Below, one piece after another: positions 1-13,160 of a stretch of DNA of 64,000 nt. The stretch covers positions 144,763-208,762 of the forward strand of contig CAJNYD010000013.1 of NCBI GenBank assembly GCA_905331295.1, given 5' to 3'. Below the pieces are notes generated by a model that made no database searches, had not been told where the DNA came from, and saw only the letters and a list, made by a program, of their open reading frames with translations. Both the position numbers and the translations under genes were made by a program. Source of the DNA: Rotaria socialis (Eukaryota). How positions within the stretch are numbered: the first letter of the stretch is position 1; each line of letters starts with the position of its first letter.

Positions 1-505
1 AAAAACGATGACGATTTATTGGTTATTCAAAATAATATCTCTATACATGAAAACGTAGGATTATTCTAATGTAAATAAACTATAAATGACTGGAAAAATT
101 GTTTTTTTCATATAAAATACACATGACTTGTAGTTCGACGCCTGTTATTTAATTAAGAATAAAAAACACCATTTAAAAGAAATTTTTCATATTTACATTT
201 TTCTATCTTTAAATAAAACCGATCTGAAAAAATTTGATATTTAGACATTGTTCTCCAATTTTAAAAAAGTACTACTACCATTGATGCCTGTTTATTTCTT
301 ATTTCATGTACTGAAACTATTAAAAAAAACTTTTATCAGAAACAGAATTCTAACAAAATTCTGCTGGGAAATGTTGAATTCTGCTTTCTACCCAAGGTAG
401 TGTGTGTACACAGTAAGACAGAATTCTGCACGGGGAACATAATTCTCTGTTGGTAGTGTGCAATGTGCCTTTAAGTCATATAGGTATTATTCTTACAGAA
501 TTCTG

Positions 506-923
506 CCACCCCTCGCCAGACGATGTGGCTAAAGATTTCAACATCGGCTATTCTACGGTGAAGAAGATCAGGCAAAACGAAGAAGAAGCCGGAATTTCTT
601 ATGAATCGAGACTAGGTGTCTCTCATAAAGATGCACTGATGCATCTTTCGATGGTTCACAAGTATTTGGAAGAGAATTTTACAGAGTATAATTCATATGA
701 TGATATCGAAGACATGATCGAAAAGAGCGCTTTAATTAATCGTATTCAAAGTAAGATCACGGATTTCTTTAAGTAAATTTATGTATGTCTATGTACTACG
801 TAATAAATGTTGACAAGAAACAATTTTTGCACTGTTTTACATGTAGTTCGGATAAAGGAGTGGTCCGAATATAAGAGCCTCTTTTAGAAACCCCGACTGC
901 GCTCTTATAAGCGGACTCGACTG
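506..923 (+). mobile_element. Internally deleted pogo/Tigger-like (Tc1/mariner superfamily) transposon remnant, right end intact
   Basis: ORF 450-776 joins an HTH-psq-like segment (DVAKDFNIGYSTVKKIRQN) to a pogo-type C-terminus ending in a PIP-box (QSKITDFF), with no DDE core. The right end reads CAGTCGAGTCCGCTTATAAGAG on the minus strand, ends at 923 and is followed by TA. No left TIR found. Confidence 0.65.
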
Positions 924-1350
924 TAATAAAAATATTTTCTATTAGTTCATTTAAATTAAAGTGAACACATATTGAGCGATATTTAATGATTTTTCTTACA
1001 GTTTTTATAATTGATTAGTCATCTTTTTAGCATAAGTATTGTGATTAAATTTAAATAGATTAGAAACTTTAATTCATTTTCTTCATTGAAAGTCGCTAAA
1101 AATATTTATTCATGAAGATTGTTTTTAAATAGTAGTGCGTAACGAATATATGAAATAAAACGTAAAATAATACAGTATGATTGTTCAAATTGACAATGAA
1201 TCTTACTACAAACATTTTCTATAAGGACGATGTGCTTATTATCAACGAGAAAATCTTGCAAAGTTAAATCTGAAAGATTTTAAATAATAAAACAAAGGCA
1301 TTCTCTTTGTTTCTGGCTTTCGTTTTGGCTGAGAAATTTTCAAAATACTA

Positions 1351-1862
1351 AGTGCACCTTAAAAAAGTCAATATTTCACTTTCTTCGAGAAAACTCGTAA
1401 TTTACCTAGTTTAACCATGTTCTATGCTTCAAAAATTCTCATCATCAAATTCAGCATGAAAATTTGAATCTGCTGATGTAGCTTCCACCGATAAAAAGCA
1501 TGAGCTTCACGTTTGAGGAGCTCAACTAAGTCCCCATGTAGACACGTTCAAATTGATGTCTCGCAAAATCATCAACTATCTGTTTTGAAAGCAATTCTCG
1601 AGCTGATTCGAACCGTCAAGCGATAGCGAACAAAATCATATATTCAATTTGAAAAATATTGTTCGCTCTTTGAGAAAATCGATTTTTACTGGATCGGTGG
1701 CTATAGGTTAAAGAATTGTACTCTTATTTCCGGATTTCGACTAACAAAACTCAATTTTCATGCAAAATAAACATCAGATTCGGAATCAGCAGGAAAAACT
1801 ACATTGACTATGACAAGTTTTGTCAAAAAATAATTTTCATCAAAATTTTACCTGCGGTGCAC
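1351..1862. mobile_element. Probable decayed MITE
   Basis: Short inverted ends (agtgcacc / ggtgcacc) and repeated internal motifs (attcagcatgaaaa, aatcagcaggaaaa). No clean TSD. Confidence 0.3.
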
Positions 1863-1897
1863 CACAGGACAAAATCTAGAAAAAGTGACTGAGGGGA

Positions 1898-2435
1898 TGT
1901 GATGACAGCAACGTCACTGATCTTGTCTTGATATTTGTTATATCATGTATGTTTATTTCTGCTCTGTGTTGTTCTCTCTTATTGCTTATTGCCGCGCTTG
2001 TTATTTTCAACATTGGCACCTTTTTCGTTTTTTTGCGCTTAGACTCAGAGAAATGAGATATATAATTACTCTCTTTTTCTCCTCAAGTTTCTTAGAAGCT
2101 TTTTGATATATCTCTCTTCACTGAGATATACTAATTCTTCTTTTTCTTCTCTATCAAATGATCAATTACATATTACCTTTTTCTTTTCAACTTGATTGTT
2201 CTTTACAATCAATCTAACTCGATTGTTCCTTACAATCGTTCGAACTCGTGTCAGCTATTTGCATGTGGAGTGCTTCTTATTATTCTTAACTATTTCTGTT
2301 CATTGAATAAACAATTGGATCTTCATCCAATATTCAATACTATTCTATTTTCGTTGTTGTCATTCTGCCATAACCAATACTGTGGCACCTGGCATTATTA
2401 TTAGTAGCGTCTCTGGTCCTCATCAAGGCGTTACA
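1898..2435 (+). mobile_element. LTR-like segment (possible solo or orphan LTR)
   Basis: Starts TGTGATG and ends CGTTACA (TG...CA, imperfect inverted ends). Preceded by the purine tract GAGGGGA; contains a TATA-like run near 2058 and AATAAA near 2306. No TSD or internal ORFs. Confidence 0.45.
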
Positions 2436-4124
2436 CCCTCCCCCAGCCGAGGCACTCCTGCTTATAGTTTAAAACTTGTCCATTTATAATGTATCAATTC
2501 GTCGTTATCAACTATTTAAAGGATAGGATAAGTAAAATCCGAAAATAGCTTTAAAGATAACAGAATTTTATGAAAAGCGTAGCACTTTTAAAGAAATGAT
2601 ATATGTTCATATGATTCGATTTATTTTTAGTAAAGCAAATCAATACTAACGGTTTATGGCATATATAAAAGATTACCTAATACATTTACTGCTTTGTAAA
2701 AGAAAATTCTTTATATATTTTTCATGCTATTATCAAAACATTGTCACGAAATACTGATAGTTTTTATAAGCATGAGTAACTTGAAAATAAATCCAATGTT
2801 TAATATTACTCTTAATATAAAACTCTAATTTTTCGTTACTTAGTTAAGAAATGAAAAATACTTGTTCTTAAGTGGTTCAATGAATCTTTCAAATTACATG
2901 AGTTTATAACATGCATTCTTATGATAAAAACAAAAGTTGAATCTAGCGCACGCACTTTTTTTCTACAAGAGATTGAAAATCTCATCTTTTTTTCATTCAA
3001 AATTAGACAGACAAATAAATATATATTGATTTCTCAAAACTCTTCGAAATTTTTGTTCATTTCTATTGGTGACCCTGAAACTACTAAAGCAAGTCAATTG
3101 CGGTTAAAAAATAATTTTTCGAGTAAATATTTTTCACAAACTTTCTACCATATATTTATTAGATATTTGATGATTGGACAAGTCAACTGATAAAATGAAA
3201 CTTGATATTTTTTATCAAAAGAAGAGAAATTAAATGGCATATTTTGTTTACAACTTTTTCAATGTTAGCAGAAATATATTTAACAATGTTCTTGATCGAA
3301 CTCAGTAGAATTTATGTAAAATACTTATTTTTACTGTAAAGTATATCGGAACCGTACTATTATTCTGTGTTTTATCATGATAAGATTTTTGATACCTTAG
3401 CTATTCAACAACTTCGAATAGATATTTTTATTTTATTGTTGTATGATTGATGTGACTTTATATTGAATATATATCAAAAACATATGTTTTTGCTTTTGAT
3501 AGCAGTCATCTTGTTTGCAAAAGTGTAATGAAAACTTCGATAATATTAGTTTGTTTTTTCAATAAATACTTTGTCGATTATATAATCATAAAAATCAAGA
3601 ATAGAAAATTGAATGGTGCGTCAAGTTTTCGAATTTAGAAGATATTATAATACCAAGGATCGATATTGAAAAAAATCCAAACTATAAAGCAAAATAAAAA
3701 CAAGTCGAAATAAATCTCACCATTTTAGAATGTAGAACTATTGATAAAAGTAATATGGAAAACTATTAGCTGAATGCTTTTTTTTCCATCAAATATAATT
3801 CTTTATAGATAAATAAATTAACCTAACTATTTGAGGCACGCATATATAAAACAAAAAGTTATTCGAATAATCATTTCCCTATTTGATTAGTTTTCTCCCC
3901 AAGAAAAAACCATGAACTCAACATATAGCTAGATGAAATCTATTGACGTTATTTTACTAATCTATACGAGTAATTTTATAGCATCCGTGTGATGATTTAC
4001 GATCTAAATTCAGCACGATTCAATTCTTTTACTTTAAGTTTACTCGTGTATATCTTATCTTTATGACTTAATTATATGAAGAGAGCAGTAAGCAAATGAA
4101 TCGATTATTATCAAAGCAACAGTC

Positions 4125-4683
4125 ATGACGAGCAGCGACAATAATAAGCAGAGAGAAACTAATGATAACTATAAAAAACAAAGAAAACGTAGTGTATTTG
4201 ATCTTGAACAAATTCGTCAGTTGGAACATGTTTTTGATCAAATAACACATTATCCAGATTTACGTCTTCGTCAACATCTTACGCTTATAACTAAACTTCC
4301 TGATAAAAAAATTCAAGTTTGCTTTTGCTATTCTAATTTAATAGAATTTCTTTCTTTGGTTTCTCATTAGATTTGGTTTCAAAATCGTCGTGCTAAATGG
4401 CGTAAACAACATCAATTAGTACATTTCGGTGGTTTACATGAATTAACAGTTGATGGGCATCTTAGTTTTGTTCCAACACCTAAACCAAATTTTGTTTTAG
4501 CATCACCATCAGTTACATTACCAAATGTAAATATTATCGTTTTTTTTTTAAATAAATATTCCATTTTTAAATAATCAGAATACATCAGTACAACAACTTG
4601 AACAATTTTTTTATTGGGCAATGCAAATGGCTCTAGCAAAAAACAATGAAAGCTCGGAACAAACATTGGCCATGAAAAGGTAA
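4125..4683 (+). CDS. PRD-class (Q50 paired-like) homeobox protein; true start may lie upstream (possible extra exon from ATG 3992)
   Basis: Spliced translation KQRKRSVFDLEQIRQLEHVFDQITHYPDLRLRQHLTLITKLPDKKIQ|IWFQNRRAKWRK. GT-AG introns at 4317-4370 (the typical PRD-class position just before the WFQN helix) and 4527-4578. Stop at 4681-4683. Confidence 0.9.
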
Positions 4684-5109
4684 ATGAGTTTGTGAAAATA
4701 TATTGTGAATGAATGATGTTTATTAGCTTTTCATACTTGACTACGTATATATATAAATAATCTATTCGATTAAAATTATTTCCGTAAAAATTTATATCGT
4801 TTGCAGGAATGATTTGATCTCGCCTTCTCATTTCAATAATGATTTCATTTCTTCTACGGACAATGTCAAGTGATTGAGAAGAAAGATTTGACGCAGATGT
4901 TACTTAATGAAAAGTACAACAAGAAAACATGTGATTAATTTGTGAGCAAATTGTAGTTTATTGTAAACGTTTTTTTCAAGGTTTATTTTTCAAATAAAAG
5001 AATATTTTCATCTATAACAATCTTATTCGTTTGTGTACTTTGCTCTTGCGTTTATTCTACTGTACTTTATTAAGAAATGTTCAATTAGCATATGCATTTA
5101 TCCTTCTAT

Positions 5110-5628
5110 TTATTTCTCCGCACTTTTTTTATTTGTTAGATATCTAAGATAAATCTTAGTAACTGTATTAACAAATGTATTTAATGCCATAATCCAAATA
5201 ACTAATGGGAAACGAAAAAATGGAAAATAAAATAAAAATGTTCTATCAGTTCGTCGAGTTTGTATTGTCAGAAAGATCATAATGAAAACAGTTCCAATGT
5301 TGAGAATCGTTCGAATATAAGTTAATAACGTTTTTTGTTTCGTTTCAATATTGTTTCGTTCAGTTTTAAGACGTTCAACAAGTGAATTACGTTGTCGTTC
5401 TTTGCGCGAATATGCAGCAAATTCATCTTGCGGGGAAATTGTTTTTAATTCACATGTTACATTTTTTAATTCATTTGTAAGCGCATCGATTGTCATGGAT
5501 GGAGAATAAAATTGATTTAGAATCCATATACATATCAGTGGTGCATATGTACGAAGACATATTACTAAGCTAGTTAATAGAAATAAAGACCAATTGACTG
5601 CTGGTATTAATAATGTATCTAACGACAT
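5110..5628 (-). CDS. GET1: GET1/WRB tail-anchored protein insertion receptor
   Basis: Intronless 172-aa ORF with an N-terminal TM, a coiled coil containing ISPQDEFAAYSRKER (GET1/WRB SxQDEFA signature) and two C-terminal hydrophobic segments. Confidence 0.8.
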   Translation of the reverse strand: MSLDTLLIPAVNWSLFLLTSLVICLRTYAPLICIWILNQFYSPSMTIDALTNELKNVTCELKTISPQDEFAAYSRKERQRNSLVERLKTERNNIETKQKTLLTYIRTILNIGTVFIMIFLTIQTRRTDRTFLFYFPFFRFPLVIWIMALNTFVNTVTKIYLRYLTNKKSAEK

Positions 5629-6012
5629 TTTTAATATAAAAATCTATAAAAAAACACAATCAATCAATCAATAGTAGTTTCATATTTTTGTTTTCTGAGT
5701 GCCTTCTTTTGCTATTTTCCTTAGATCGACTGAAATATATTTCTTTTAAAACAAGAATCTTCCATAGAATCATTAAATTAAAAAATGTATTTTTCCCTTC
5801 TGATTTTAATTTTTATCAGCAACATAGAAAAATTGATGTATATCCTCATCAATTAAATATGAAAAATTATAAATATGTGAATCTTCTGATATTAATCGAC
5901 ATCTATATATATATATATTGTTCATCTATCGAAATAAATAAAAACACAATAAATAAAATGGAATAGGCGACAACATAAATGCAAACGAATTGTATAATAT
6001 TGTTATTATCTT

Positions 6013-6641
6013 TTATTTAAAATCTTCAATGCTGAACATACCCTAAAAAGAAAAATAGTTCATAAAATAGACTGGAATATATAATGTCTTCGCAAAACTT
6101 ACACGTGCACGTCTCAAAATTGAATCTTTACTAGGATCATATGGATGTTCTTTACTTGGAATCTCTAATACTGCTGGTACATTTTTATCATGACCCTCAA
6201 CAGTTCCACGAATCATTTCAGCAATCTTTCAAAAGAGAAAAAATTAATTGAATAATTAAATAAAATATAAATAATTTCGTTTACATATTGACTAATAAGA
6301 ATAATGCCAATATCATCACGATTAAGAAAACTTTTAAACGTGTCATCAATATCCGATGCTTTCGTATCTATTGAATAGTTTAACATGAAAATAAATAGAA
6401 TTGCTATGTTTTTTTAAACAAACTTTTATCGACAATTAAGAAATTTGGTTTACGTGTTTTAGCGTGTAATTCACCAATGCCACCAAGTAGAAAACCAGTT
6501 ACTGTATCCTTTTGAAAAAGAAAAAAACTACAGAATTGATAAAGAAAAGATGAGTAACCTAACTTCATCTCCAATAACAGCCATTATTTTACTTTTTCCA
6601 CCAAAAACTGTTGGAGCTGAAGTTGCACCACCACTTGCCAT
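6013..6641 (-). CDS. ATP6V1F: V-type H+-ATPase subunit F
   Basis: Six exons give [20 protein letters not shown]...PNFLIVDK...[21 protein letters not shown]...[34 protein letters not shown], with canonical short introns. Confidence 0.97.
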
Positions 6642-7609
6642 TTTAAATTCAATAAAGAAAATATAGAATCTCAAACGAAAGTAAAAATAATATTTAGTGG
6701 AAATTAATTCATCAATGTCACTTATAAACATCAAGAAAAAAAAAGTATTTTCGATAAATCCTGTTCATATTAGTACAGAACATATGCGCAGTTTCTTTGG
6801 TTATATTGAAACTGTATAAAAAAAAATGATATAATGAAGTTTTTGTAAATAATGCATTGTGTAAAAATAATACAGGACTACAAAATCGTAGCTTTTCATT
6901 GGGCAAATAACACCTATTGATAATATGAAGAATGATAAACGGAACACATCTTTTTTTAAACTTTTTCCTTCTCATATAACTGAATTAAAGTTCGAGAATA
7001 AAAGAACGAAGTCAAATTTTCAAAAAAAAAGCCGAATAAAATACATACTATAATTGTCAACATAAAAATTTATTAAACATATTGGAAACAAAAAGTTATA
7101 TTCTATTCCAGTAAATTTTGATATAGTATAAATATCAATATTTATTTCAGCAAAATATTTCTTATATTTTACTTTTGGTTAGTAGTAAATCTACTAGTAG
7201 AGACATTGAAGATAACTAATAGTGGCTGATACATATTTGCTTTTGCCACGTATAGAATAAAAAAAGAAAACTTTGTTTTGTTTTTTCTTGTTTTGTTTTG
7301 AGGGTTCGATAAAATATTCTGACATTGGTAAGAATTTTTAACCAATAGAAAGATTTGTCAATCAAACTTAATTCATTGTTCTCTTTTTTGTTGTTTTTGT
7401 TTTTGGTACTAAATTACAGGCTTCATTTATTTTTTATGTATCCATAAAACAGTGTTTCGCTTGTTACAATTCCAATTGAAGTTCAATTTTTGTTACTACC
7501 TTGAATACAGTTTGATGCAACTTAAATACATTAATTAAGTGTGACGGTGTGGTGTGATATAGTACAACAGGAATTGCATTTTTTTTTCTATTGATTATGT
7601 TAGATATAA

Positions 7610-10600
7610 ATGTATCGTGCATTGTTAAAACTTCATATTCATCTTAAAGTAAACTATTCTTCAATTATTATTTATTTTCTATCATACTTTTGTACATTTT
7701 ATTATTATTATTATTAGAATAGAGTACTTGATTTGTCGTATGCTTATGGATTCTTTGTTGCTGATCATTCACTTTATGTAATTCTCATTTGTTTTGGTGT
7801 ATTTCTACTGAGTTTGTATGAAAGAAACTATTCGTTTCTGTTTTCATGTATATAAGTAATCTATTTTAGATTTCAAATAACGACAAATGTTCCACCACCC
7901 GGAAGTACCTTGGAAATTTTTGCTGAATCATCAAAATCATTTCGACCAGTACGTGCTCGTTTAGAATTGAATACGAGCGATCAATTACATGACAAGCAAC
8001 CAGATAAACCATTATGGGTAAATTTAATTATAAAATTCTATAAAGTTAAAATTTAAAATCATTGATACAACTGTAGAATTGAATATAGAAAACGAAAATT
8101 CTCTTTTTACTCTATATAAATATATTTGTTAACTTTGTTGTTTTGAAAATATATTTAGTATTCTGGTTATCCGCTTGCTTATGTTCAACATATTGTTATA
8201 CGATGTTCAGCATTAACATCACGTTCGTCTTGTCTTTTACGTGCACGTGATATTCGTGATCGTCTTTTTTCTGATCCACAATTTGATGCAAATTGTTTAC
8301 GAGTTGGTGAACCAATAAATACTCAACAAATGGCATCATATTTACCTTCATTCGGTTGTCTTTTTCTTTCGCCATTAAACCTTTGGTCAAATGATTTATC
8401 AAATATAATAAGTAATGAGCGCGAAATTCTCGAATCAATTCCAACATTATCAAAACGTTACGCAGATATTATATTTGGTATTCCACAAGAATATTTTTCA
8501 TCACATAAACCTTTAACATATGCAATCACACTTCTATTAAATAATGCATCAAATGAATATCGACAAGATTTAAAAAAGCGACTGTTTGCTTTAGATGAAC
8601 AACAAAAAGATGATATAATACATATTTATTTTTCAAGAAAATCTCTTCTTTATTATCTACCATTAGTACTCATTTATGTTGTTGTATTTCTTTATATTTA
8701 TTACTCCGTTAGTAAGTAAAATATTGAAATTTTCTTTGTAATTTAAATATAGATATTGAATGTATGAAGAGTTAGCTCAAAAAAGCAGTTAAATACTAGT
8801 CCATGGACATATTTTAATCAGAAATTCTCTTTTGCATTTTCTATTCCTCTTGATTAAATATAGGAAAATGAAGATGAATATTGAATTTAAGAAAAAAGAA
8901 GTGAAATACGAAAATCTTCTTTAAAATTTTCTCTATATTCATGAAATTCTCAGTATTGATCAAGTGATCATTAGTCGAAAAATAGATATGAGATTTCTAT
9001 AATGTTTCGACCTTCGCCTTTAATTTTCATGGACGTTTCTGTTTACTTACTGTTATGTTCTATTCCATGGCGTAGCTCGATTAAAAGAGAAAGAAAACTT
9101 TTCAGCATAACTGGATAGCTGCATTAATTAATGAAACTTTTCATGAAGAAATAAATCTAAATTTTTGACAAAGATTTCCTCAAGAGGAAATTTCTGTTTT
9201 GTTTTCTCTTATTTCTCTCTGATGAATATTGCAGATATTGTTCATTCCAAAATAAAATTGAACCATATGTTTTCAGTCGATTTATTGTTAAAAGAAGAAA
9301 ACAAACTGAAGTCGAAATAATAGCCCGTGATATTTCAAATATACGACAATTGCATTAGAATTATATTCTTTTTAATTTAAGGTCAATTCGAATGTGTAAA
9401 ATCTAAATGGGGTCTTGCATTAGCAGCAACAGTACAAATAGTTGTGTCTTTGCTAATATCATTAGCGCTATCATCATTATTTCATATGACACCACGTCTT
9501 GATGGTGGTGAAGTATTTCCATATTTAGTTATATTTATTGGTTTAGAAAATTTAGTTGTATTAACACGTGCAGTAACATCATCACAAGCACAAAAACAAT
9601 ATGATGATATACGTGAACGTGTGGCACATGCACTTCGTGCTGAATCTTGGACAATATCAAAACATTTAGTTTATGAATTAGTCATTGTTATGATTGGTTT
9701 TATAACATATGTTCCAACAGTGAGAGAGTTTTGTCAATTGGCATTAATTGGAATATTAATTGATTTTTTTATGCAAATTAATTTTTGGTTAGCGGTTTTA
9801 AGTATCGATATTCGAAGATTTACAGTTGGTGTTGGAAAAAAGAAAAACAGAAATTTAGAACAAGAAAAGAAAGAAATTAAAGTATCACTACCTATGAGAA
9901 TGCCATATTTAACAAACAGGCGACAACAACAACAACAACAATCTCAATGGGCTCGATATAGAGTTTTACAAAGAGGAAGTATGTTTCTTGTTCTTGTTTG
10001 GGTCATTCTGATTTTTTATAAGTCATGTTTAATTGTTGATTTATTGCATAAAAATGGTAAGAAAAATCATTGTTTAAATGAATCAGTTTTTTTCTATTTT
10101 ATTATTTTTTACTTAAGTACAAATAAATCGAGAACAAATCAAAGATTTTGTTCCTGAAAAAATGCTCAATGAACATTATGGTTCGTCGATTTCGAATCAA
10201 TATGATTCGAATATTCATGTAGAAGATCAAATGATGAATAATGTATCTTTACCCAACTATGAATGGCAAACACTTCTATCCTATGATCATTGGTCAACCT
10301 TATTTTCTTTTTATAATATTTCATATGATAATCGTTATTTAAGTATAATGCCATCAATTTATTTACCAGTGGTTTCTTCTGAAGATCAACCATTTAATGT
10401 GAAAACAAAGGCTCCTGATTATAACGTATGTAGTATCTCATGTTTAGTTGTAAGAAATATTAGAAATTATTTTTAAATCTTATTGAAAAAAACCTCAATA
10501 ATTATTTGATTTTTTTATAAAGTTTAACAGATTTATAGAAAATATATAAAAAATTATTTATATACATGAATAGAAGAATTTATATATATATATTTGATAG

Positions 10601-13160
10601 AATTTAGTTTTCATAAAATAGAAGTACGTGCTAAATATGAATACATGGAGATATTCAAAAGTTAGCATAGAGACTAATTCAAAAATAGCTTTACTATAGA
10701 AGATTCATGTTCATTAGATCTACTATGTACTGAGTCTCTATATTATTAAATTATTGTGAGTGGCTTAAAAAAAGTATTCCAATATTTGTCTTCAATGGTT
10801 GTGTGTAAGAAGCTGATTATGACATTGAAACAAACAGCTATCATATAAAAACATAGAAGATATTTTTATATTAGAGATTAAGACAAAAATGAAATATGTA
10901 TGAAAACATGATAGAAAATAATAAAAGAAAAACAAGTATGAATAGCTATCTACAAGGCAAACAAAATAACGAATACATATCTATAGAATTCTGAACTTAA
11001 GCAATTATCTTGTTGCTCTGTGAAATAGAAGAAATATAATTTTATTAATAAATCAGTGAAATATCATTTATGAAATATATATATATATATTTAGGCACAA
11101 CATCGACCTTTAATTGATGCTACAATAACAAGTACAAGTAGTTCATTGATTGATCGTCGATTTTCAACGGCTCTTTGGGAACTTCTTTTCATTGTTTTAT
11201 TTGGTTTAACATTATTTAGTATTGTTTATTTCTGTTTTTTTTCGTCATCATTTACACTAAATTCAAGTCATAATCGATCATTGTCTTATATAAAAAGTGA
11301 CTATTCAATTGTTCCAACAATATTAATACCTCCATCATCGACATTATTAATTGAATCGATGTACGTACATGAAAGTGGTACAGTTGTTAGTGTAGCATAT
11401 TCCAATGGTTCGATTTGTATGTGGAATCCTCAAACAGGTGGTATTATTCTAACACAACAAAGATATTCAATAGCATCCAGTGAGAAAATCATAAGTCATG
11501 TTTGGTGTTCGTTAATGATTGATGAACATCGGTGTCTATTTGGATGTTCAAATGGTCAAATAGAAATTTATCCTAATAACTCGACAGCAAAAAATCTAAT
11601 ATTATCTGGGTGTGATGATCTTGGTGGTATAACACATCTTATACGAGCATCATCAACATTGATCATCAGTATTACACGTCGTGGTTACGTAATTCTTTTT
11701 GAATATTTAAATGGTTTAATCAAACAAATTTATATTAAAAGAATACATCAATGGCCGATACGTGTTTGTCAAATGGATTTCAATTCTCCCATTATATTTA
11801 CTGGTAGTGATGATCATTCAATTAAAGTCACGAATGTTTCCAATGGCTCATGTTTACATACTTTACAAAAACATCAATCACCTATCAATTGTCTTGCTCT
11901 TGACCCAGTAAGTTAAAACTGTTTAGATAATACAGTCAAAAACAAAATGAAATGATAATTTCAGATTTTCATTAGATGTTATTTGACAATAATAAAACAA
12001 AATATTATCTACCTTTTCCATATGATATATCGAATAACTTGTTGATAGCTACTAAGATTCTGTTAATCTTTTCAACTATTACTCTGGAAATACATACTTG
12101 TCGGTTCTTTATTATGTAGTTTCTGTTCTTTAAATCGAGTTCAAATGAGTTGCACTGAATTTATGCGTATTTCCTATTTGATAAGTTCATTTTCATTCTA
12201 CAGAAACAAAAAATTATGTTGTTATTGATGATTGAGACAATATGGATTTATTTCAAATTTCATGATAGTCTTTCGTTGTGTATCTGAAATCCGTTACATT
12301 CTATTTATTAATTCAATTGAATTAATTTTATCTTACACAAGTTTCTTTTCGATCCTATCTTATGTTTGTTCGTAATAGACTATTCTAATACGGTATATAT
12401 CATATTAAATGATCTCAATACCGTGAATTTTGAAGTTTTAGAAGCTCAATTTTGACGAAAACTAAAAAATTAATCTATTAGTATCCTTTTGTTATAATTC
12501 GATTGTCTTTATCACATATAGAAGCTCAAACTAAGTTTACAAATCTCTTTTCAAATATTTATGTTCTCATTTTCTTTTGGAACTTTAGTTTGGATAATTC
12601 TTGTTCTGTCTATTGATTCTAGTTCTATTTTCTATTAAATAACTATTTATTATTTTCTTTTAAAAATAATTTAGTATCATCCACCAATATTGGTAAGCGG
12701 TTGTTTTAATGGAGTATTATGTGTTTGGAAAGGAGATGATCTTATTCAAACAAATCTAAATGCACATCCGTCATCAATAATAACTGATTTAAATTTCTGT
12801 GGTCATTCATCGAATATCATAAGTCTTGGAACCGATAAACGATTATGCATATGGACACAGTCAAACTTACAACTTATTTATGAATTAAATGATATAACAT
12901 CCAATTGTTTTACAATACATCGTACAAATTATTTATTCTATACAAAATTGAATTCTCTTTTTGTCTATGACACATTTAATCAAACAAAAATTTCAACAAG
13001 ACAATTTTTAATTCCATTTCTTAATGATATTAATCGAGATGAAAATGAAATGAATATTGACAAAATTATCTATTCGTCACAAGCAGAAACATTAATATTA
13101 CAGAATTCGGATATTGTTTATGCAATGCACTTACCACAAAGTTTTTTTCTTGTTCGGTGA
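7610..13160 (+). CDS. SCAP: SREBP cleavage-activating protein (sterol-sensing domain + WD40)
   Basis: Multi-exon. SCAP-like motifs: WYSGYPLAYVQHIVI, CLFLSPLNLWSND, LYIYYS, KSKWGLALAA, GEVFPYLVIFIGLEN, IDFFMQ, VLSIDIRR, DHWSTLFSFYNIS. WD40 repeats in exons 11095-11908 and 12675-13160. Confidence 0.93.
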
